Positions 57,955 through 64,000 of a stretch of DNA of 64,000 nt are shown here, piece by piece. Within the stretch, counting starts at the first letter, position 1. The number at the start of each line of letters is the position of its first letter. The notes beneath the pieces were generated by a model, which saw nothing but the letters and a program-made list of their open reading frames with translations, made no database searches and had not been told where the DNA came from. The stretch is from the IMG/VR virus record IMGVR_UViG_3300044922_001008, one strand, 5' to 3'. The stretch comes from an uncultured virus (IMG/VR IMGVR_UViG_3300044922_001008) (taxonomy: Duplodnaviria; Heunggongvirae; Uroviricota; Caudoviricetes). Both the position numbers and the translations under genes were made by a program.

Positions 57955-58335
57955 CTATTTAGGTTGTTCTATTTCTTTTGGTTGCTCTTTTGGTTGCTCT
58001 GGCTGATCTTTTGGTTGGTTTGGCTGCTCTTTTTTGTCTGTTGTTTCGCCATCTTGTGCTTTAAACATATTTCTTAAAGAAGACCAAACATCAGAGGTTT
58101 TTATTTTTTTTGCAACACTTTTTCCAGTTGGCGCACCTCCCGGCATTCCACCACCCATAGGTGGCGCTCCACCGCCCATAGGTGGCGCTCCACCGCCCAT
58201 AGGTGGCATTCCACCGCCCATAGGTGGCATTCCACCGCCAGCAGGAGGTGGTGGAGCCGCACCGCCAGCAGGAGGTGGTGGAGGTGGTGGTGCATCTTCT
58301 TTTATCAAATCAATAAATTGGCTAAAGCTTTTCAT
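57955..58335 (-). CDS. Pro/Gly/Met-rich protein with capsid-targeting-like N-terminus
   Basis: MKSFSQFIDLIKE; PPMGGG(A/M) repeats; TATATA 5 nt upstream of ATG. Confidence 0.75.
   Translation of the reverse strand: MKSFSQFIDLIKEDAPPPPPPPAGGAAPPPPAGGGMPPMGGGMPPMGGGAPPMGGGAPPMGGGMPGGAPTGKSVAKKIKTSDVWSSLRNMFKAQDGETTDKKEQPNQPKDQPEQPKEQPKEIEQPK
58142..58240 (-). repeat. In-frame 21-bp tandem repeat (PPMGGGA/M)
   Basis: ccaccgcccataggtggc(gct/att) repeated about 4 times. Confidence 0.85.
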
Positions 58336-58353
58336 GCAATTATATATGAAAAA

Positions 58354-58605
58354 TCACAAAGATTCATTAATCGCTTTTATATATTTGATGAGTTTTTTTG
58401 TATTTTTTTCTGGTGCTATACCTCTATCATCACAATAAACCAAGGCATCTTTCATTGCTTTTTGGTCAATTGTTGGACCGCCCTTCATTATTCCCTTATT
58501 CTTCAATTTATCTGCGAATAAAAATGCATTTATAACATTTGCAAAAATTTGAAGGTCTTCATCATTATATTTCTCAAAACTATCAAAGCTAAAATTGGTG
58601 AGCAT
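58354..58605 (-). CDS. Hypothetical protein
   Basis: AAGGA Shine-Dalgarno, 83 aa. Confidence 0.6.
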   Translation of the reverse strand: MLTNFSFDSFEKYNDEDLQIFANVINAFLFADKLKNKGIMKGGPTIDQKAMKDALVYCDDRGIAPEKNTKKLIKYIKAINESL

Positions 58606-58672
58606 TTTTATTCCTTATGTTATATCAATAAATTAACATTATATTTTTCTTTTGTAAACAACTAAATAATAC

Positions 58673-59302
58673 ATGATAAATGAATCATTTGGCTTTGGAC
58701 CTTATATTGGTGACTGTAGACCTACAGACAATTATATTGTCGTAGGAGCATGCAGCGATCAAAATACGGCAGCACAAAACGAAAAGATAAAAAAGGGCGA
58801 AGGTATTTCAAGGAAAAAGAAAAAGATCAAGCATTATATCCCATCAGAGTCATTTGTTAATTTTTGCAAAAAAAAAGAACTTATAGAACAAGAAGAAATT
58901 CAACCAAGCAATCAAGAAGTCAAAAATGAACCAGAAGATACAGATTCAGATATAGATTTGTGGAGAGCAAAAAAGAAAGAAATTATTTCATATTGGAGAA
59001 AATTGCCCGGAGTTGCCGACAAAAGGGAATTTCCAATCACCGCAGATCCTATTGAATATGACTATCAAGGAAGAACATATGGCAAGGATGGCGTGAGAAT
59101 TACAGGTAGCTCTACATTCATTAATTCTGTTTTGCCAAAACTTAAAGATTTTTTGAGTTACGAAAACCCAAATACCAGACTTAATTTAGTTTATAAAGAG
59201 ACACCTCCAATTATTGACCAAGATACTGCAGAGAGGAGCTTTTCCTTTTATATACAAGTAAAAGAAAGAGGACCAAAATCAAAAGGAAAATCACAATCAT
59301 AA
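58673..59302 (+). CDS. Hypothetical protein
   Basis: 209 aa; TAAATA 4 nt upstream of ATG. Confidence 0.75.
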   Translation: MINESFGFGPYIGDCRPTDNYIVVGACSDQNTAAQNEKIKKGEGISRKKKKIKHYIPSESFVNFCKKKELIEQEEIQPSNQEVKNEPEDTDSDIDLWRAKKKEIISYWRKLPGVADKREFPITADPIEYDYQGRTYGKDGVRITGSSTFINSVLPKLKDFLSYENPNTRLNLVYKETPPIIDQDTAERSFSFYIQVKERGPKSKGKSQS

Positions 59303-59311
59303 AAGGAACCT

Positions 59312-59584
59312 ATGGCAAAAATTAAAGCATCACAAAAGAACAAGCAGCCACAAAAAGCAGACACAAATGTTCAACAGGCAATTCTTGATATTGCATCTAA
59401 CCTCACGAAATCTTTCAAAAAATATTCAAAATCAACTAGAGAAAAAGCATGGAAACGCATCACTAGTCCAGATGGAGAAAAGCAGATAAAAAAGATACTA
59501 GTAAATCCAGAAAGACAACTAAACACATTTCCACAGCTTGCTTTTAAAGAGTGGATGCAAATAGAAAGCAACCAGAACTCCTAA
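59312..59584 (+). CDS. Hypothetical basic protein
   Basis: AGGA Shine-Dalgarno; C-terminal LAFKEWMQIE. Confidence 0.65.
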   Translation: MAKIKASQKNKQPQKADTNVQQAILDIASNLTKSFKKYSKSTREKAWKRITSPDGEKQIKKILVNPERQLNTFPQLAFKEWMQIESNQNS

Positions 59585-59689
59585 GTTATCTATATTACTA
59601 TTTTTAGTTAACAGTTTATCAAATAATATTTTGTGGTATACTTCTTCATCCACGCAGCACTTTGCAGCGTTGAACTCAAGGAGGTCCAC

Positions 59690-60736
59690 ATGATTTATTC
59701 TATAGTGTTGGGAATTATTCCCATAGTTTGTGCATCTGACAATGATTTCAAACTAATCAGCAAAGATAAACATGAGATATTATCATCTCACATACCAGAT
59801 AGTAAGGATGGTATTTTAAAAAAAATCAGAAGCGATAAGCGTCTGCTGATATATACTGAAGAAGAAATGCCAAAAGCATATCAAGATTGGACAAGCAATT
59901 TGCCGGGCATTCACTCTCCGAGCTATAACATAAGTGCAGCAAAACCAAGAGAAAGATTTGGAAATCCAAATGTCGAATTTCCTTGGGGGAATCCAGCTGG
60001 AACTGAATTAACCTCAAATGATCAGCTTTCATCTTTTAAATTTCTATTATTACCAAAAGATGAAAGTATTCGGATTTACAAAAAATATTTGTCTGGTGAT
60101 AAAAGACCATCTTATGTGTGGGAATATCCAAAAGGATCAATTGTCGGAGAAGTTCTTCAACTATATTATAAAGAAAAATATTATACATTTGAAGTTAGAC
60201 TGCGAAGGAAAGATGATTCGGATTGGAAGGCTAGTGCGTATAGACCATTTTCTAATCTCAAGGATTTTGCAAATTTTTGCAAATCGAATGGTCATCAGTT
60301 ATACTACACCGATAAAAAAATCTCGCAGAACCACAAAATTTTTGAAGGTAATGTGGTTACTACATCCTTAGAAGATATTCCAGAATCATTAGTGAAAAAA
60401 GCTTTGTCCGAGACATTCGTGAATGTTCTTGGGCAAGAATGGTATAATGATGCTCATGCTCCCACTACCGACTCTAACTTTCACATTATTCCTAAACATT
60501 ACCAAGCTGCAACAATCGCAGTAACTACCAATTCTTGTGTTCGATGTCACGAATCAACATTAAAACACGCAAATGACTTCGATTCATTCAGAGATTGGTA
60601 TGGTCGTGTCCGTGGGAGTGATGGTATTTTTAGCTTTCATCCTTTCGATCCAAGCTGCATATCTTACTCAGGAATTTATCAAGGAGTGGAAATTCGTAAA
60701 TCTTTACTTGATAATGGAATTGTAAAGATGGATTAA
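59690..60736 (+). CDS. Exported protein with a CxxCH heme-c binding motif
   Basis: AAGGAGG Shine-Dalgarno before ATG 59690; signal-like MIYSIVLGIIPIVCA; CVRCH. Confidence 0.65.
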   Translation: MIYSIVLGIIPIVCASDNDFKLISKDKHEILSSHIPDSKDGILKKIRSDKRLLIYTEEEMPKAYQDWTSNLPGIHSPSYNISAAKPRERFGNPNVEFPWGNPAGTELTSNDQLSSFKFLLLPKDESIRIYKKYLSGDKRPSYVWEYPKGSIVGEVLQLYYKEKYYTFEVRLRRKDDSDWKASAYRPFSNLKDFANFCKSNGHQLYYTDKKISQNHKIFEGNVVTTSLEDIPESLVKKALSETFVNVLGQEWYNDAHAPTTDSNFHIIPKHYQAATIAVTTNSCVRCHESTLKHANDFDSFRDWYGRVRGSDGIFSFHPFDPSCISYSGIYQGVEIRKSLLDNGIVKMD

Positions 60737-60746
60737 ATTTGGTTAT

Positions 60747-60782
60747 AATCTCCTCATGCATTTTGTTTGAGGAGATTTTTTT
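60747..60782 (+). terminator. Rho-independent terminator
   Basis: AATCTCCTCA...TGAGGAGATTTTTTT. Confidence 0.75.
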
Positions 60783-60799
60783 GATTTGCAAGGTAATCA

Positions 60800-61150
60800 A
60801 TGATTGCAATAATCTACAGCAATGGTCAAATAGATTTTTCAGAATTAAGATTTGATTGCAGAGAAAATAAATGGATACCATTAGCTGCTCTTAAATATAA
60901 AGATGGAAGAGTTTCAATACCATGTTTTGAACAATCAGATATTGCAAAACAATTTGCGAGAAGAAATCTTCCAAAGCAATGGGTTCGTGGAGGAGTTGAA
61001 CTTGGAGATGACGAACAAGATTTCATAAGAAATAAAGGTTGGAGCATTGAAGTATTTAATTTTCCAAAACTTTTTAAAACTCATCCAAATATAGTCTTAG
61101 GCTTTGAAGTTTTAGATTTTACAGACAAACCTGCAATGTTATATACATAA
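60800..61150 (+). CDS. Hypothetical protein
   Basis: 116 aa, AAGG Shine-Dalgarno. Confidence 0.65.
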   Translation: MIAIIYSNGQIDFSELRFDCRENKWIPLAALKYKDGRVSIPCFEQSDIAKQFARRNLPKQWVRGGVELGDDEQDFIRNKGWSIEVFNFPKLFKTHPNIVLGFEVLDFTDKPAMLYT

Positions 61151-61169
61151 ATAGAATAAAGGAGAATTT

Positions 61170-61385
61170 ATGTTACCAGAAAATTTTTGGGTTGGTGCTT
61201 GTGGTTCTTTATTGTTTGGAGTTGTAGGAATCGTTCTCTTTCTTTTGGGATATTTTGCTTTTGACAAACTAACTCCCAAGCTTGAAGTGGAAGAAGAACT
61301 CGCCAAAGGAAATATGGCAGTTGGAATCGTTGTTGGTGCGCTTCTTGTGTCAATTGCAATTGTTATTTCCAGCGTTCTGCACTGA
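61170..61385 (+). CDS. DUF350 membrane protein
   Basis: FDKLTP...EEELAKGNMAVGIVVGA. Confidence 0.8.
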   Translation: MLPENFWVGACGSLLFGVVGIVLFLLGYFAFDKLTPKLEVEEELAKGNMAVGIVVGALLVSIAIVISSVLH

Positions 61386-61393
61386 GAATAAAC

Positions 61394-62479
61394 ATGCAAC
61401 TTACAGAAGAACAAAGATCGACAATAAAAAGCGTTCTTAAAGACTTAAGCAGCGAGCGATTTGTTACTCTTGGAGGTTATGCTGGAACTGGCAAAACCAC
61501 TTGCGTAAACACCATCGTCAAAGCTCTCGAAAATAAAAAATATAAATTTGCAGTTTGTGCTTATACTGGAAAAGCTACGAATGTGCTTCGCAGAAAAGGC
61601 ATAGAAGCTGCGACAATTCATAGCACCATATATCGCACTGAAAAGAACTTGGAAACCAATGAAGTTTATTGGACAAGAAAGCCATGGCATGAATTTAGTC
61701 ATGATGGTTTCATAATTGACGAAGCATCAATGGTTGGTGAAGATATCCATAAAGATCTTCTATCTTTTGGATTGCCAATTCTTTATGTGGGAGATCATGG
61801 GCAATTAGAGCCAGTTGGCAGTAAATTTAATTTAATGCAAAATCCAAACTACAGACTAGAAAAAATTCATCGCAATGCTGGTGAAATCGCACACTTTGCA
61901 GAGCATTTGAGAAAAGGATTACCAAGTACATCTTTCCAAGGAAAAGAAAAAGTTCAAATCGTAAAAGAATCAGCCATTCAAGATCGTCACTTGGCTCAAG
62001 TTGATCAAATAATTTGTGCTTTCAATAAGACCAGAATCAATATCAATGAGAGGGTTAGGGCATTTAAAAAAATTCAATTCACGCATATCGCTATGGGAGA
62101 GAAAATAATTTGTCTAAGAAACAAAAAAGAATTAGGGCTTTTTAATGGAATGCAAGGAGTGGTTACTAAAATATCAAAAAGACAAGATTGTTTTAATTTT
62201 ACATCACAAGATGTAGAATTTGAAAACATAATGTACGATACAAATCAGTGGGGGCAAGAAAAGAATGCCTTCAAATTCGATCAAAAAGCCAATCCATTTG
62301 ATTACGCATACGCAATTACATGTCATAAATCTCAAGGAGATGAATTTGACAATGTAATTGTATTTGAACAGAATTGCTCCGAATGGGATCATAAAAAGTG
62401 GAGCTACACAGCCGCCAGTAGAGCTAAAGAAGTTTTGATTTGGGCTGCTACTCCTAGATTTATTCCTACTTATTTGTAA
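61394..62479 (+). CDS. SF1B helicase (Dda/RecD2-like)
   Basis: GYAGTGKTT, AYTGKA, TIHS, IDEASM, GDHGQLEPV, IHR, YAITCHKSQG.E, YTAASRA. Confidence 0.92.
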   Translation: MQLTEEQRSTIKSVLKDLSSERFVTLGGYAGTGKTTCVNTIVKALENKKYKFAVCAYTGKATNVLRRKGIEAATIHSTIYRTEKNLETNEVYWTRKPWHEFSHDGFIIDEASMVGEDIHKDLLSFGLPILYVGDHGQLEPVGSKFNLMQNPNYRLEKIHRNAGEIAHFAEHLRKGLPSTSFQGKEKVQIVKESAIQDRHLAQVDQIICAFNKTRININERVRAFKKIQFTHIAMGEKIICLRNKKELGLFNGMQGVVTKISKRQDCFNFTSQDVEFENIMYDTNQWGQEKNAFKFDQKANPFDYAYAITCHKSQGDEFDNVIVFEQNCSEWDHKKWSYTAASRAKEVLIWAATPRFIPTYL

Positions 62480-62508
62480 TTGATTTATTTTAAAAAAAAT
62501 AATACAAT
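62480..62508 (+). promoter_or_regulatory. Sigma70-like promoter
   Basis: TTGATT-N17-TACAAT. Confidence 0.45.
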
Positions 62509-62539
62509 CTTAACTGTCACACTTTGAAAGGAAGCAAGC

Positions 62540-63130
62540 ATGCAGTATATTTCGATTGATATTGAAACCACAGGACTGAACCCGATTGAGCATGATATTA
62601 TTGAATTTGCAGCGATCATTGATGAAATAGGATCAAATAAACCAATTGAAAAATTGCCAAAATTTCATCGATATATCAAAAAAGATAGCTCTTACATTTG
62701 CGATGCAAAAGCAATTGCCATGCATCCAAAAATATTTGAAAAGTTGGCAGAGAAAGATGAAAGCTGTGTATTCATAGAAGATTTGATGTATGCCTTTGGA
62801 AATTTTTTACAAAATAATGAAGTATTTCCAAACAAGTATGGACAAATAATCATTAATGTTGCAGGTAAAAACTTTGGAAGTTTTGATTATCAATTTTTAT
62901 TGGAAAAAATTCCTAAGGATCATTGGAATAATATATCTTTCAGACAAAGGTTCATAGATCCATCAATACTTTACTTAACAGATGACGATATTTTTCTTCC
63001 AGATTTAAAGACATGTGTTGACCGAATGAACGAAAAGACTGGTCAAAGTTTTGCGTGGAATCCACACACAGCAATTGATGATGCTATGCAAATTGTTCGA
63101 CTCATGAGACATAAAATTAAATTGTATTAG
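62540..63130 (+). CDS. DEDDh 3'-5' exonuclease
   Basis: IDIETTG, GKN..SFD, HTAIDD. Confidence 0.88.
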   Translation: MQYISIDIETTGLNPIEHDIIEFAAIIDEIGSNKPIEKLPKFHRYIKKDSSYICDAKAIAMHPKIFEKLAEKDESCVFIEDLMYAFGNFLQNNEVFPNKYGQIIINVAGKNFGSFDYQFLLEKIPKDHWNNISFRQRFIDPSILYLTDDDIFLPDLKTCVDRMNEKTGQSFAWNPHTAIDDAMQIVRLMRHKIKLY

Positions 63131-63455
63131 ATCCGCATATTCGAAGATTTTCTGCAATTTTAAACCTTTCGTTGTCAATATATTTTTGAGCCAATAAATT
63201 TGCTTCATATCCTCCAATAAGCTCTTCTTCATTATAAAGTGAATTGAGAGTATCTACATAAATTGGTCTAAATTTACCTTCAATATAATTTATTACAACT
63301 CTCTTCACAGCAATTTTTTCAATAATTCCTTTCATAGCTTTTGGCTTAAAATATACCACCGATCTTTCTCCCCATTTATAAAGAACAAATATATCTTTTT
63401 CAATTCTTGAACAACCAGCAATATTTATCGATCCAGAACTTAAGTATGAATACAT
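63117..63455 (-). CDS. Hypothetical protein
   Basis: AAGGA Shine-Dalgarno, 112 aa. Confidence 0.65.
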   Translation of the reverse strand: MYSYLSSGSINIAGCSRIEKDIFVLYKWGERSVVYFKPKAMKGIIEKIAVKRVVINYIEGKFRPIYVDTLNSLYNEEELIGGYEANLLAQKYIDNERFKIAENLRICGSNTI

Positions 63456-63464
63456 GTTATATCC

Positions 63465-63872
63465 TTATTTTATTCTAGCGTTTTGATTTAATGAATTTTC
63501 GATAGATTTGTCTAAAAGTTTTTGTAAGGAGTTCAATTTATCAATTGGTATTTGATTAACTAAAATTTCACTGTCTCTAAATGCTTTTATTGTTTTATTC
63601 TTTTTTGCTGTGTAAATTGTTTCTTGATTTGAATAAGCACTTATTCCAGTTACAGTCCAAGGGGTGCCAGACAAATCAAATCCAATGCTTCCAATATCAA
63701 ACTTTACAGTTCTAGCGAAATAATTTTCACTAAAACTTGCTATAGCTTTATCACCATAGAGAAATATAGTTCCAGATGCAGCATAGGATGGAGTCCTATA
63801 TATCTGCAAATTTTGCATGATCCACTGAATTAAAGGCATATCACCCCCAAATATATAATCTTTCAAAAACAT
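63465..63872 (-). CDS. Hypothetical protein
   Basis: 135 aa ORF in tandem with 63117. Confidence 0.6.
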   Translation of the reverse strand: MFLKDYIFGGDMPLIQWIMQNLQIYRTPSYAASGTIFLYGDKAIASFSENYFARTVKFDIGSIGFDLSGTPWTVTGISAYSNQETIYTAKKNKTIKAFRDSEILVNQIPIDKLNSLQKLLDKSIENSLNQNARIK

Positions 63873-64000
63873 TTATTACTGTTTACATGGAAATAATTCA
63901 TCCGAATGCATAAATTTAAAATTATAAAAAAAATAAACTATGTTTTTTATATCAAATTCTATATTGAATTGTAGAAAAATAGAAAAAATCAATTAAAAAT

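Noticed and set aside
58034..58438. Pro/Gly-rich plus-strand ORF
   Set aside because: Antisense of the PPMGGG repeat gene.
1..64000. Stop-codon reassignment, as seen in some large phages
   Set aside because: Conserved genes are full-length in the standard code, and TAA, TAG and TGA all terminate genes at tight junctions.
1..64000. Eukaryotic giant virus or bacterial contractile injection system
   Set aside because: Shine-Dalgarno sites, a gp55-like sigma, neck proteins and gp46/47 indicate a tailed bacteriophage.
1..64000. tRNA, rRNA, integrase or transposase
   Set aside because: None recognised; intergenic gaps are short and lack cloverleaf signatures. tRNAscan-SE or Infernal would be needed to exclude them formally.

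Overview
A gene-dense, AT-rich (roughly 30% GC by eye) segment of a large T4-related myovirus genome (jumbo-phage-like) in the standard genetic code. Morphogenesis genes: neck gp13- and gp14-like, tail terminator gp15-like, tail sheath, two tail-tube paralogs, baseplate hub gp26-like. Transcription, replication and nucleotide genes: gp55-like late sigma, gp46/gp47 (SbcCD-like) nuclease, Holliday junction resolvase, Dda/RecD-like helicase, DEDD exonuclease, Prim-Pol, CTP synthase, ribonucleotide reductase. Accessory genes: about 12 sugar-nucleotide or glycosyltransferase genes, proteases of several classes, a MoxR-AAA/VWA pair, a phiEco32-type COOH-NH2 ligase, and host-like regulators (McsA-like, STAS, DUF350) whose style suggests a planctomycete host (inference). 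The most notable unannotated signals are: (1) about 14 unrelated, often low-complexity proteins sharing an N-terminal T4 capsid-targeting-like peptide, several preceded by a TA(A/T)ATA box only 4-5 nt before the ATG; (2) a probable -1 programmed frameshift fusing the gp26-like gene to a gp51-like frame; (3) an apparent absence of CCWGG, with Pro-Gly encoded as CCC/CCG-GGN; (4) a possible split sigma factor. No tRNA, rRNA, CRISPR array or mobile element was recognised. All family calls come from motif recognition by eye, not database searches.
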